Below are positions 11,250 through 24,670 of a DNA stretch of 64,000 nucleotides, piece by piece. The position numbers and the translations under genes were made by a program. Within the stretch, counting starts at the first letter, position 1. The number at the start of each line of letters is the position of its first letter. The DNA comes from Eledone cirrhosa (Eukaryota). The notes under the pieces are model-generated. The model had not been told where the DNA came from. It saw nothing but the letters and a program-made list of their open reading frames with translations, and made no database searches. The DNA is taken from the NCBI GenBank assembly GCA_964016885.1, contig OZ024744.1, positions 95,976,001-96,040,000 of the forward strand, in the 5' to 3' direction.

Positions 11250-12640
11250 TCTAGATGAGATGCAGTTTGGTTTTGTGCCTGGGAAGAGTACAACAGATGC
11301 CCTCTTCTTGGTGAGACAAATGCAAGAGAGGTTCTTAGAGAAGAATAAGCCACTATACTTGGCCTTTGTTGACCTAGAGAAGGCCTTTGATAGGGTACCC
11401 CGATCTGTCATCTGGTGGTCCCTAAGGAAGCTGGGTGTTGAGGAATGGCTTGTAAGGACAGTGCAAACTTTGTACAGAGGTACTCTCAGTAAAGTCAGGG
11501 TAGGAATGGAGTTTAGTGAGGAATTCCAGATACAAGTAGGAGTACATCAGGGTTCGGTCCTCAGCCCGCTCTTGTTCATTATAGTCCTCCAAGCCATAAC
11601 AGAGGAGTTTAAGACTGGCTGTCCATGGGAACTTCTCTATGCTGACGATCTGGCTCTTATGGCAGAATCAGTAGAGGAGCTAGAGAATAAATTCCGGCTA
11701 TGGAAACAGCAGTTGGAAGCAAGAGGACTGAGAGTAAATCTAGCTAAGACAAAAGTGTTGATGAGTAGAAAAGAGGACAAAACCCTGATTCCGTCAGGGA
11801 AATGGCCATGTTCGATATGCAGAAAAGGAACTGGCATAAATTCTATAAAATGCACACAATGTAGGTCCTGGGTACACAAGAGATGTAGCGGGATAGCAGG
11901 CAAACTAACAGGTAGGGAGAAATATGTATGCAGTAGATGTACAGGGAAATTAGACAGTAGAAGTCGCACTGATAGACACATTTTTCAAATGCGAGAGGGC
12001 GCTATAGAAGTGGTGGATAGCTTCCGGTACCTAGGAGATCAGATTAGCATGGGAGGAGGGTGTTCCGAGGCCATAGTATCTAGAATAAGGACGGGTTGGA
12101 AGAAGTTTAGGGAGCTGCTTCCTCTGTTGACGAAGAAGGGTTTCTCCCTGCGTACGAAAGGCCGGTTGTATGATGCCTGTGTGAGGAGCGCGATGCTGCA
12201 TGGTAGTGAGACATGGGCAGCTACCGCAGAAGATATGCGACGGCTGGAGAGAAATGAGGCAAGCATGCTCCGTTGGATGTGCAGTGTAAATGTGCGTGAA
12301 CGACCCAGCATAAATGTGTTGAGAGAGAAACTGTGTCTGAGAGGGATAGAATGTAGTGTACGGGAGAGGAGACTGAGGTGGTATGGACATGTGATGCGCA
12401 TGGAGGATGACCGATGGGTGAAGAAGTGCCAGGAAATGCCAGTTGAAGGAAGACGTAGTAGAGGTAGACCACGAAAAACATGGGCGGAGGTGGTGAGAAC
12501 AGACCTCAGATCATTGAAGCTCACGGTGGAGATGACGAGGGACCGTGACGAGTGGAGAGATGCTGTGCTGAATAAGACCCGTCCCACCCTTGCAAGCAGG
12601 GAAAAGCGGACGTAAAATGATGATGATGATGATGATGATC
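11250..12640 (+). mobile_element. 5'-truncated RTE LINE with an uninterrupted RT ORF (11250-12615)
   Basis: QFGF, FVDLEKAFD, GVHQGSVLSPLLF, LYADD, C4HC3 finger, FRYLG, GRPRKTW; (GAT)n tail; follows a (TA)n run. Confidence 0.96.
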
Positions 12641-13566
12641 ATCATCGTCATCTTCATTTAACCTCTAATTTCTATGCTAGCATGTGTTAGACTTCTTGTC
12701 CTATTTGGGGCAAGTCAAGTCAGGTGACAGTGTCTTGTTCATACCAAACTGTTTCTGGCTTGGTTTCTACAGCTGGATGTTCTTTGTAATGCCAACCACT
12801 TTACAGTGTGTGCTGGGTGCTTTTTGTTGTGCTACCAACATGACCACTTTACTGTGTAGACAGGGGATTGGGACAGGTTGTGTAAAGATGTGAGAGAAGG
12901 GTGGAGTGATTAGGATGTAGGTGGAATGTTAGGGTGTGGGGGAGGAAAGTTAGGGGTTAAGTGGTGTCTACTATATGTATGCTTCAGTCTGTGCTCATGG
13001 GAAGGTGGGTCTTTTGTATTACTGCATAATGCCAGAGATCTTGGTCCTAGGTCATCACCTTTGAGAGGTGCAATTGTGCCAGGTCAGCTTTTATCACCTC
13101 ATCTCAGGTCTTCCTAGGTCTTCCTACTCCATAGCTTCCTTCAACTTTGATTGCCCTGCACGTGTTTATACAGCTGTAATCATTCATACCATACACATCA
13201 CATATCTATACCAATACAATCTCCTCTGCTACACACTGCATCTGATCCTTCATATGCCCAGTTTCTCGCTCAGTTTATTTACACTTTGCCATTCATGTAT
13301 ATTACTATTTCACATCCATCAGAGCATGCAGGCTTCATTTCTTTCCAATCTACATAGGTTCTCTGCTGACAGTGCTCAGATCTCACTAGCATACAACATT
13401 GCTGTTCATATACAAGTATCATACAATCTGCCCTTCATTTTGAGGAAAAAAGCATTTTGTAGCTAGTGGTGGCAGTAGCTCCCTGAACTTTCTCCATCCT
13501 GTTCTTACTCTGGCTACTATACTTTCAGAACACCCTCCTCCACTGCTAATTTGGTCACCTAGGTAC
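12640..13566 (-). mobile_element. degenerate RTE 3' fragment, tail-to-tail with the preceding copy
   Basis: The - strand encodes YLGDQISSGGGCSESIVARVRTGWRKFRELLPP with multiple lesions; (GAT)n/(CAT)n junction at about 12640. Confidence 0.8.
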
Positions 13567-13579
13567 CACACTGTAAATG

Positions 13580-13751
13580 TGTTGAATTATCAGTTTGGTG
13601 TGTTGACTGTATATGGATTTCATAGATGTGTAAGGAACTCAATAGCAGAAGTAACTGTAAAACAGCCTGTTGTTATAAATGACCATAGCATAGAGAATTG
13701 GGTAAACAACACCTTATGATTGGTAAAGCAATACGGAGAAGAAGAAGAAGA

Positions 13752-13836
<85 letters not shown>

Positions 13837-14001
13837 AGAGGGAGACCATTTTCTCCATTCATAAGGGACCATTTACCTAATTCTCTATGCTATGGTCATT
13901 TATAACAACAGGCTGTTTTACAGTTACTTCTGCTATTGAGTTCCTTACACATCTATGAAATCCATATACAGTCAACACCCCAAACTGATAATTTGATACA
14001 T
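13580..14001. repeat. inverted repeat of about 127 bp around a (GAA)n(GA)n microsatellite
   Basis: 13580-13706 is close to the reverse complement of 13872-14001. Confidence 0.9.
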
Positions 14002-14924
14002 CCCCACCCCCTTCCACTGTAAAGTTGTTGTGTAGGTACGACAGTAAAAAAAGCACCCAGTACTCACTGTAAATAAAGTTGGTGTTAGGAAGGGCATCCA
14101 GCTGTGGAAATCAAGCCAAAATCAGTTCTGTATGAGCAAGACATGGTCACCAGACCTGGCATTGACCACAACAGGACAACCCGTCCAACCCATGCTAACA
14201 TGGAAGAATGGACGTAAAATAGTGATGATGATGAGGATTTCATATCATATTGTTTACATCTAATATGAGCCATCAATTGGCCTTCTATAATTGATGGAAG
14301 ACAGTGCCAGGGACAGATAACTCATAGTTCCCTTCTCTCTCATCACTCTTCCTCACCCTATAGGTCACTTACCACTACTTCTACTACTACTTATGCTGTC
14401 ATCTCCCTGGCTTCTGCTAGAAGACGAAACTGCCCCCTTTTTCTACCTGTTCTGTCTTAGCTCGAATGCATTTCTAATGTTCCCTTGTTTTGTTTTGTCT
14501 TGTTGTTGCTCTACATGTGCCACACCAACAGAATTATTTATTCTGTTGTGTGGACTAGCTTAAAATGCATGGTACTCTCTTACTGTGCAAAATCATGTGG
14601 CTGCTTGAGAGTCATTTTGATGCTTTTGTCTGTTTTTGTCTGCTTATTTTATACAACATTGCTTTTCCATTTCTCCACTTTTATTCCATTCTTCCTTCTC
14701 CATACCAAGACATTTCTCGCCACATATTATACATTCTATCCCTTTCATTTCCTCCTTTCTGATTTCTTTCCTTCACCTTCTTGACCTCTCTCTTTTCTTC
14801 TCTGGCCGTTTTTCCACCCACAAGGTGTTGTTTACCTAATTCTCTACACTAGAGCCATTCATAGCACTTTGCTGTTTTACAGTTATTTCTGTGTTTCAGA
14901 TCCTTACACTTCTATGATTTTGCA

Positions 14925-15120
14925 CTGGTCACCGTCGAGACCTCAGATGTACTTGGACCCTGTACTGTCAAGCTCCTCTGCAAGATCGGAAAGTTGGCGG
15001 CCCGTCTGATGAAGGAGCCTCGCGAGGTGGGGTGGCTGTTGCAGTGGGTATCGCTGGCCATTATCCAAGGGAATGCTTTTGCGGTCTTGCCCATGGAGCA
15101 CATCTCCATAACTGCCATGC
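14925..15120 (+). mobile_element. 3' fragment of a CRE-like (RLE) non-LTR retrotransposon
   Basis: VTVETSDVLGP...EPREVGWLLQWVSLAIIQGNAFAVL, homologous to 54800-54975 (- strand). Confidence 0.7.
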
Positions 15121-15289
15121 CCTAGGCCCAGAGCCCAATCCCCCTCTCCTCCATCTCCCCATTCTTCTGTGACACTAGAACCCTTGCCATTCTCTTCTTT
15201 TTACGTTTTTTTAAAAAAAATATTTTCTTATTCTACATTCCATTCTTTCTTCTCAATCTGAATTTTCTCTTTTCTTTTTCTATTATATA

Positions 15290-15339
<50 letters not shown>

Positions 15340-15340
<1 letters not shown>

Positions 15341-15790
15341 GTAAAAATAATCGTTTTGGAAGCCTCAACAATGCAGATGGGTAAATCTCCAGGTAACAGA
15401 ATCAGGTGGTAATGAGAGAGAGATGTAAGAGTAAGTGTAGAAAGAGATATAGAGAGTGTAAAAGAACGTAGGAAAAGTGTAAAAAATAATAACGTGAGAT
15501 AGAGTTACCTTGGAAGTGATTTAATAGTCCCTATATTTCAGATTTCACATCCATCAACTGAGGGGTTGTCTGAGGGGAAAACAGTTGTGTTGGAGAAGGA
15601 CAACACGTGGCCTTCGCTGTTTACCGTGTACTTGTGTTATTATTTTTTACACTCTTCGTATGTTCTTTTACACTCTCTATATCTCCTTCTATACTTCCTC
15701 TTACATTTCTCTCTCATCACCACCTGATTCTGTTACCCGGAGATTTACCCATTTGCATTGTTGGGGCTTTCAAAACGACCAATTTTATTA
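15340..15790. mobile_element. dispersed repeat (also at 10445-10740) in inverted arrangement, possibly Penelope-like pseudo-LTR remnants
   Basis: 15340-15493 and 15636-15790 are diverged reverse complements; flanked by (TA)n. The family assignment is inference. Confidence 0.5.
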
Positions 15791-15823
15791 TTCCACAATG
15801 CTTCAAGCAAACATCAACACTCT

Positions 15824-15903
<80 letters not shown>

Positions 15904-17067
15904 GAAAATTGATGAAGTTTCGTTTACATTTAGTGTATATATCACAACTAGGTGTGATGTATACATGGAGTGTATGGAGTGTACACAGTATATAAATCAC
16001 CTTTGTCATTAGTAGCTTATTCTCCTTAGGTTTACATGCTTGTGGGTTTTTATTTTTAACTTCAGTGTTTTTAGTAGATAATCACTGTCAATTTATGGTT
16101 TGGTATAATGTATTTTGTGTTTTCTTTTATGAGGCTTTTCTTAATGTACTCATCTATTTTATAGTTACTAAGCATTTGATTCATATAATACATTTTATGT
16201 GTGGTATTTTTAATAGGTTTTGTGTCTGATGTAATTGTTGTATTGTATTTGTGATTCGATTGGTCTCTGGTTTAGCCTATTAGTTTGTTAAAATGGCTAT
16301 TGTTGATTAATGTTTGTTTTATTCTGGAGATTTCTTTATTTCTTTCTGGAAAAGAATTTAAACCTTTTTTGGGGGGGTTTTGTAAGTAAAGGTTTTACAA
16401 TCACTGTCTCTATGTAAGTATATGCATTTATTTGTGTCTTTAGTTTAGTGTAAAGGAGGGTTTAACAATGAGAGTTGCTGTACGTAGATGATCTGATGTT
16501 AATAGTAGAGAGTATGAATGTACTGAGGGAGAAGATGAATAGTTGGAAGGTGGAAGGAATATACAAAGGCAAAAGGTATGAAAGATAAAGATGATGGCAA
16601 GTAGTAAAATATGTGGTGAGGTGCAATGAACAGGAAGGTGGCTGTATGCAGTGTAGTGGAAGGGTGTTATAGTGGGCTCCATATCAGCAGAAAGATTTAT
16701 TTTTCTGTTGCACAATTCAGCATTTTAACATGGTACTCTCAATTAAATCATGCGAAACCATTTTGTTGGTTTGAAAGCTGATGAGGGTGAGGATGTGTAA
16801 ATTTGTCTTGTACATTGCCTTTCTCTATTTCCTTCTTCCAGTCACTTCTGTGCCCTAGTGCACTTCTTGTCCTCCTTCTCCTCCTCTTCCAATCTTTTCT
16901 ATTTTTTGTCTGTCTGTTGCTGACCTTGTCGATTGTCTCTCTGTTGACCACTGACCGCTGGTCTCTGTCCTCTGAGGCATTATTACCTATTGCTGTCTTT
17001 GACAGCATTTAGCTGTTTTAAAGGCTGTTCTAGCAATGAGTTTTCTCATTTTTATATGTATATATAA

Positions 17068-20000
17068 GGGTGGACGGAGGCTCCGTAAGCCGTAGTGTAG
17101 GCAACCCGTCTAGGATAGCTACCACTCCGAATAAATTGGTGTGGGATAGAGAAGTCTCCTAAGTCCAGTAAGACAACTTCCCTAGTTCTGGTGGCATGAA
17201 TAAAAGCACCCAGTCCATGCTGTAAAATGGAGGGGTGGATAGGGCCCCTGAGTCCAGTAAGACAACCTCTCCAGTGCTGGTGGCATGAATAAAAGCACCT
17301 CGTCCATGCTGTAAAATGGAGGGGTAAAGAGGGCCCCTGAGTCCAGTAAGACCTCCTCTTTAGTGCTGGTGGCACAAATAAAAGCACCCAGTCCATGCAG
17401 TAAAGTAGTACTGGGGCTAGGAAGGGCATCCAACCAGTATATATACTACTGCCAAATACTATGAACACAACGAATGAAATTTTCAACAACTGCGTAAACA
17501 GCAATAACACTAACCCTGTTAGGGCTGCGCACGGTAGTGGGGTGGCTGGTGCAGCCATGTGCGAGAACCCTCCAATCGCCATCAAGCAATCGCACAAAAA
17601 CAACTGCGTAAACAGCAATAACACTAACCATGTTAGGGCTGTCCATGGTAGTGGGGTGGTTAGTGAGGCCATGTGTGAGAACCCCACGGCCGTCATCAAG
17701 CAATCACACTACAGGAAAAAGAACGAGACGTCGCATCTCAGAGTTGCCACACTTAATGTTGGCACTCTCACAGGTAGATCTGGTGAGATAGTGGAGATGC
17801 TGGAGAGAAGGCATGTAGATGTGTGCTGTGTGCAAGAGGTGAGATGGAGAGGTGCCTCTGCAAGACTAATCGCAGGCAAACATCGTAGTTATAAGCTTTT
17901 CTGGGTGGGTAATGATGATGGGTTAGGTGGGGTGGGCATATTACTGGCTGAGAGGTGGATCAATAAGACAATAGAGGTAGTTAGAGTTAGTAATAGAATA
18001 ATTTAGCTTAGATTAGTTGTAGGCAGGAGACTACTGACAATCATCTCTACCTATGCTCCCCAGGCAGGCCTAGGTAAAGAAGAGAAAGACTGCTTTTACG
18101 AGCAACTTTTACAAACAGCCTCAATGACAGAAGACAGAGACATCGTTATGCTAGCAAGGGACTTCAATGGATATGTTGGACAGCTCCAGGATGGATACAC
18201 TGGGGTGTATGGTGGGTACGGTTACGGCTCAAGAAATGAAGAAGGAGTGAGGCTTCTTGAATTTTGTGATGCAAATGCACTAACCATTTGCAACACTAAC
18301 TTCCAGAAGCCTACCAACAAACCTAATAACCTACAAATCAGGCGAGCACATAAGCCAGATTGACTTCCTGCTAGTTAGACAGCGAGACACACAGATGGTG
18401 TCAAATACTAAGGCATACTCTGGGGAAGAATGTACCCGACAGCATAGGTTAGTCGTTAGTGACATCTCACTAAGCATGAGAAAGAATGAGACATACAGGA
18501 AGGTGTGGAAAAGAAAGGTCTGGAAGCTAAAAGACCTTTCACTAAAATACAAATTTAGGAAAGCCCTTCAAGATGTGTATGATGAAAAAGAAGATGATTT
18601 AGAGTTGTATGACATAGATGATAACTGGAATTTCTTGCGTGAAAACTTACAGCAGGCTACTGAAGAAATTTGTGGTTGAGGCAGAGCTTCAACCAGACAG
18701 AGAGTAACCTGGTGGTGGAACAGCACGGTAGATAGGGCCATTAGAGACAAAAGACTAGCATGGAAGGCTTGGAAAAATGGTGGGAGTAGGGAAGGATACA
18801 CAGCCGCTAAGAGAGAAGCTAGACATCAGGTGTACTTAGCATGCAGGGAGGCTGAGAGTAGAAGGTTTGCCAATGTTCTGCGATGGGAAGATCAGAGACG
18901 TGCGGTGTTCCACATTGCAAGGCAGTGTGTCAGTGCAAATCAGGATGTTGTTGGAGATAAGTGTGTCCAGAATGATGCCGGTGTACTTAGTGCCACGAAT
19001 GATAAAAAAAAGGAGGCCTGGAAATGTCACTATGAGAGACTGATGAATGTGGAGAATGAATGGGACAGAGAGAAATTACCCCCAGTAGACCAAACAGAGG
19101 GACCAGCTATTGAGATTGACGAATATAGGGTACAAGAGGCAATTAAGGAAATTTATAATGGTAAGGCTGCTGGACTGTTGGGGATAGTTGCTGAGATGCT
19201 GAAGGCATCAGGAGAAGTAGGCACTAAACTGGTTGCACGCATCATCAATCAAGCTATATATGGTGGTGTCATACCCAAAGACTGGTGCAGCAGTATTCTC
19301 ATAAATTGCTACAAAGGTAAAGGGGATGCTCTAGAGAGGAGCAATTATAGGGGCATAAAGCTGATGGATCAGGTTATGAAAGTGCCAGAGAGAATATTAG
19401 CGCAACTGATTAGAGAAAGGGTCAAATTAGATGAGATGCAGTTTGGTTTTGTGCCCCGGAAAAGTACAACAGATGCCCTCTTCTTAGTGAGGCAACTACA
19501 AGAGAAGTTCTTAGAGAAGAATAAGCCACTATACTTAGCTTTTGTTGACCTAGAGAAGGCCTTTGATAGGGTACCCCGATCTGTCATCTGGTGGTCCCTA
19601 AGGAAACTAGGTGTAGAGAAATGGCTGGTGAGGACAGTGCAAGCTATGTACAGGGGTGCTGTCAGTAAAGTGAGAGTAGGCATGGAGTTTAGTGAAGCAT
19701 TCCAAGTACAAGTAGGTGTACATCAGGGTTCGGTCCTCAGCCCGCTCTTGTTCATTATAGTCCTCCAAGCCATAACAGAGGAGTTTAAGACTAGATGCCC
19801 ATGGGAACTTCTTTATGCTGATGATCTGGTTCTTATAGCAGAATCAGTAGAGGAGCTAGAGAATAAATTCTGGCTATAGAAACAGCAGTTGGAATCAAGA
19901 GGTCTGAGAGTGAACATAGCTAAGACAAAAGTGTTGATAAGTAGAAGAGAGGACAATACTCTGATTCCATCAGGGAAATGGCCATGTTCGATATGTAGGA

Positions 20001-20790
20001 AAGGAACTGGCATAAATTCCATAAAATGTATGCAATGCAGATCTTGGGTACACAAGCAGGCAAACTAACAGGTAGGGAAAACTATGTATGCAGTAGGTGT
20101 ACAGGGAAAGTTGGCAGTAGTAATCGCAGTGATAGACACATTTTTCCAATGCAGGGTTCTATAGAAGTGGTTGATAGCTTCCGGTACCTAGGTGATCAGA
20201 TTAGCATGGGAGGGGGGTGTTCCGAGGGCATAGTATTTAGAATAAGGACGGGTTGGAAGAAGTTTAGGGAGCTGCTTCCTCTGTTGACAAAGAAGGGTTT
20301 CTCCCTGCATACAAAAGGACGGTTATATGATGCCTGTGTGAGATGCGCGATGCTGCATGGTAGTGAGACATGTGCAGCAACTGTAGAGGATATGCGACAG
20401 CTGGAGAGAAATGAAGCAAGTATGTTCCGTTGGATGTGCAATGTCAATGTGCGTGAACAACCAAGCATAGATGAGTTGAGAAAGAAACTGGGTATAAGAG
20501 GGATAAGTTGTGGAGAGAAGACTGAGATGGTGTGGACATGTGATGCGCATGGAGGATGACCGCTGGGTAAAGAAGTGCCAAGAAATCCCAGTAGAAAGAA
20601 GACGCAGTAGAGGTAGACCATGAAAAACATGGGCGGAGGTGGTGAAAGCAGACCTCAGATCGCTGAAACTCACGAAGGAGATGACGAAGGACTGTGACAA
20701 GTAGAGAGATGCTGTGCTGAATAGGACCCATCCAACCCTTGCAAGCACTGAAAAGCGAACGTAAAATGATGATAATGATGATGATGATGA
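17068..20790 (+). mobile_element. near full-length RTE LINE, pseudogenised (APE + RT + PHD-like finger)
   Basis: 5' UTR with 89-bp repeats; ORF from 17461 with VATLNVGTL, CVQEVRW, DFNG, QHRLVV, FVDLEKAFD, LYADD, FRYLG; frameshifts near 18003 and 18320, stops at 18677 and 19877; (GAT)n tail. Confidence 0.95.
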
Positions 20791-21688
20791 TATATACATA
20801 AATGTGGTTGGTGTTAGGAAGGGCATCCAGCCGTAGAAATCCAGCCAGAAACACCGCTATTTGAGTGAGACACGGTCACCTGACACAACTTGCTTTAAAA
20901 TAGGACCCGGCTAACCCATGTTAGCCTGGAAGATGGACATTAATTGTTGATGATGATGATGATATATATATATACACAAACAGATATATATATATATATG
21001 TATATATATATATTTATATGAGTTTAGATGTATTGATAATACAACCATATAAAGGCAAAGAACATTTTAAAGCTTAATGTGAATTTATAGTTCACAGCAA
21101 GATAGATAAGAGACAATTTAGAGTCTAATCCAATTTTCTCAACAGTATTTGAATTGGTTTACATCTTCAGACTTCTGTGATTGTCTTATGGACATGTGTT
21201 GGTAAATATTAATATTATTTAATAGATTCTGAAGAGAATAATAATAACAGGAATGTATATTGTTATTTTTATTGAAATGTTTATCAATTAAAAGATTTAA
21301 TTTAAATCTTGGTTATTCTTTATTCATTTAAATACATTATTCTTTATTCAATTAAATACATATTTTAGGAAAGAATATAGTTTTATTTTGTATATATATA
21401 AAGATGTGTGTGTCTTGTACATAGCCTCTCTTTATTTCCTTCTTCCAGTCACTTCTATGCGCTAACACACTTTTACTTGTCCTCCGCCTCTTTCAATCTT
21501 TTCTATATTTCACCTGTCGCCCACCTTGTGGATTGTCTCTTTGTTAACCACTGGTCACTGGTCTTTGTCCTCTGAGGCATTGTTGCCTATTGCTGTCTTT
21601 GACAGCATTTAACTGTTTTAACAGCTGTTCTAGCGATGAGTTTTCTCATTTTTATAGTTTACAAAAGAGCTTTTTCTTTTTCTTGCAG

Positions 21689-21724
21689 GTATTTTGACCG
21701 GGGTTTATATTCGTTCATGAAAAG
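21689..21724 (+). CDS. HHAT: HHAT-like MBOAT acyltransferase, 36-nt internal exon (R)YFDRGLYSFMK(R)
   Basis: Polypyrimidine tract plus TTGCAG acceptor, AG|GTAAGT donor, phase 2/2; joins in frame to the next exon. Matches the RYFDxGL motif of HHAT. Confidence 0.85.
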
Positions 21725-21836
21725 GTAAGTTATTTTGATCTTGTTGTATTAATGAATGAATACATATTTTAGGAAAGAATATACTTTTATTTTGTATAGG
21801 AAGGTGCAAAAGAAAATAACAACAAAACAAGCAGTG

Positions 21837-22157
21837 GAGACTTCTTGTGTCCTTGGCTCTAGGACCACCTCTCTATTCACCACCATCGGCACAGAGTTAG
21901 TTACCCGCAGGTGTGACCCTTGCGAGGTGGAATGGCTCTTCCATTGCATCTCCTTTACCATCCTCCAGTGAAACATCTTCTTTATTCTGTCCGCTGGGGC
22001 AGCCAGCGTCTGCCCCCTCCCCCATTTGCTTATAATAGTGAGAGATGGGGAGAGTGAGAGAGACAGAGGCAGTTACTATATCAGCATAACTGAAGTATTT
22101 TGTAGAGTTAAAGGTCAAAGAAATGTACAGAAATCTTTCAACATAATTTGACATAAG
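21837..22157 (+). mobile_element. 5'-truncated CRE-like LINE 3' end with 16-bp TSD
   Basis: ETSCVLGS...CDPCEVEWLFHCISFTILQ; AACAAAACAAGCAGTG at 21821-21836 and 22158-22173. Confidence 0.7.
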
Positions 22158-24234
22158 AACAAAACAAGCAGTGATTGAGATATAATCTGAGATATTAATT
22201 GATATAATTATAATGACTTGAAAATACTTAACCCTTTAGTTACCAGCCTGGCCAAAACTGGCTCTTCTTCTTTTCTTCGCCCACTTATTCCTGAGAGGGT
22301 TGGGGGGGCAGAGTCTTCAAACACTCCCTCCAATGACTCCTGTCAGAAGCAACCGTCTCCAACTGATCCAGCTGGATCCCCAAGCGTGACCAATCAAGAG
22401 CTGTTCTGATAGAGAACGGGTCGTAGGTGGCAGATAGTGATACGGCCACCAGATATGATAGCTAGCTATGACATAAGTGGGCAACTGCTGGACGAATAAG
22501 CAACCCTGGGGACCAACAGCAGTAAACTACTAGGGGAGATGGAGCAATGGATGACACCTGTAGCTCCCAAGAAAACTCTCATAACCCAGTGATGTAGCTA
22601 CAATGAGGCGAGTAAAGGCCACCTCTAAATAAGCCTAGTCTTTGCAGGTTTGACAAAGTATCAGATTGGTGACTGGGGTGAATAAGACCACTGAAACTGC
22701 AATATGGTGAGGAAAACAAAAAAAAAAAAACACAACATTCTGCACCATCTTTCGAGCGGGTTTACAAGGGACTTGTCCAGGCCTTAGGTAGAGGGGTCTG
22801 TTCGAAAAATATATTGCAGTCTTCATTTCATACCACAAAAACTGGCAATAGGCCTGTGACCTGTTCTGGGAGGCATGGGATGGACGCAGAAAGGTTGCGT
22901 ATCCTGAGACCCCAAAGAGGGTCCAGAAGGGAGCAAACTAACAGTTAGAACCGGGAACATCACAACCCAAAACTGACTCTGATTCTACAAAACAATACCA
23001 CCCATTTTAAAGATTTTCAACATAATTTTATATAAGAACCTTATATTAAGTTACTATATTATTAATGAAATAATTAATAATTTTTGTAAATCCCTCTAAA
23101 TTCTTCATTAATTAATTGAAACAGAAGGTATTTCATTAGAAATGCAGCCATGAAAGGGTTAATAAAAAAGGGGTTAAATTGTTTCTTAAGCTCGGAGGCT
23201 CATCAGGCCACAGCCTATCTTGGTTTCATTGGTGTTAAGTGACTGAGAATTTCAAAACTTTCTCCTGGACAGGACACCACTCAATTGCAGGGTTAAATCA
23301 CCCCACCTAGCTGTTGCTAGTACTCATTTTTAGCCGAGTGTCCAACCCATGCTAGCATGGCAAAACAAATTTTGTGATGATGATGATGATGATGATGATA
23401 ATGATGTCTTGGAGCAACATAAAACAAAGTGTTTTGTTCAAAAATATGTGCCACCCAATCTGGAAATTGAACTCACGATATTATGATCATAAGTCTAACA
23501 CTTTTACCATTAGGCTGTGTGCCTTCATATAACATATTTGAGAATGGAGTATTATATCATATGTAAGGTGGTTGTGTTGGTGACACGACAAAAAAATAAC
23601 CCAGTCCACCCTGTATGGTGGTCTGTTGGTGACATGACAAAAAGCACCCGGTCCATTCTGTAAGGTGGTCGTGCCGGTGACATGATGAAAAAGTACCCAG
23701 TCCACCCTGTCAGTTGGTCATTTTGGTACCACGCTAAAAAGCACCCAGTCCACACTGTAAATATAATTGGTGTTAGGAAGGGCATCCAGCCATAGAAACC
23801 AAGCTAGAAACAGTTCTATATAAGCAAGACAGAGTCACCTGATCTGACTTGTCTCACAATGGGACAACTCGTCTAACCCATGCTAGTGTGGAAAATGGAC
23901 ATTAATTGGTGTTGATGATGATGATGATGATGATGATAATGCTTTTCGGGTAAAACAATGAGAATGAGTATTGTTAATCCTTTCATTACCATATTTCTAA
24001 TAAAAAATACTGCCAACATGTTTCATTTAATTTTGAAAATAATCAGTAATTTTAAGGAATTTAGTATTATAAAGAGCTTAATTTATTAGTTGGTGTTTCG
24101 AGCTTACCCTAGCAAAGGTTCTTACAAAAATTATGATGGAAGGTTTTTAAATAAACACTTTAAACCTTTCGTTACTATATTTCTCATGGAAAACACTGCC
24201 GATGTATTTCAAGTAAATTTTGAAAATCTATATT

Positions 24235-24670
24235 TAACCCTTTAACATTTACATTACTTTATATTTACTATTATATTTTTATGGTAAAAGCTCTATCCCA
24301 CATAATTATCTCACATAATATTGATTTTATGAGATTTTGACATTATTTATTTTGAGATCGATTGAAGGGCAGTGGATTGGCAGTATTGGTAGAGGGTAAG
24401 ATGCCATGCTTTGCAGCATAGTTACATCCCTTTACTGCCTGAGTTCAAATCCCGCTGAGAGGTTAACTTTGCTTTTTATCCTTATGGGGTCGATGAAATA
24501 AAATACCAGTAATGTACTGGGATAATTGCTGGCCTTGTGCCAAAAGTAGAAACAATTATTTATTTTGTGAACAAAATGTCAGTATGAGCAACCAGTTACA
24601 GCTGGCTCTAACAGAAAGAGGGGAGAAAATTCTGGCCGGATACAGGCCAGATTAAATGCTAAAGGGTTAA
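24235..24670. mobile_element. piggyBac-like MITE with nested SINE A (about 24371-24560, +)
   Basis: TTAACCCTTTAACATTT...AAATGCTAAAGGGTTAA. Further copies at about 24718-24928 and 25384-25610. Confidence 0.75.

Noticed and set aside
17068-17140. HDV-like ribozyme at the RTE 5' end
   Set aside because: Plausible for RTE elements, but I could not build the nested double pseudoknot by eye.
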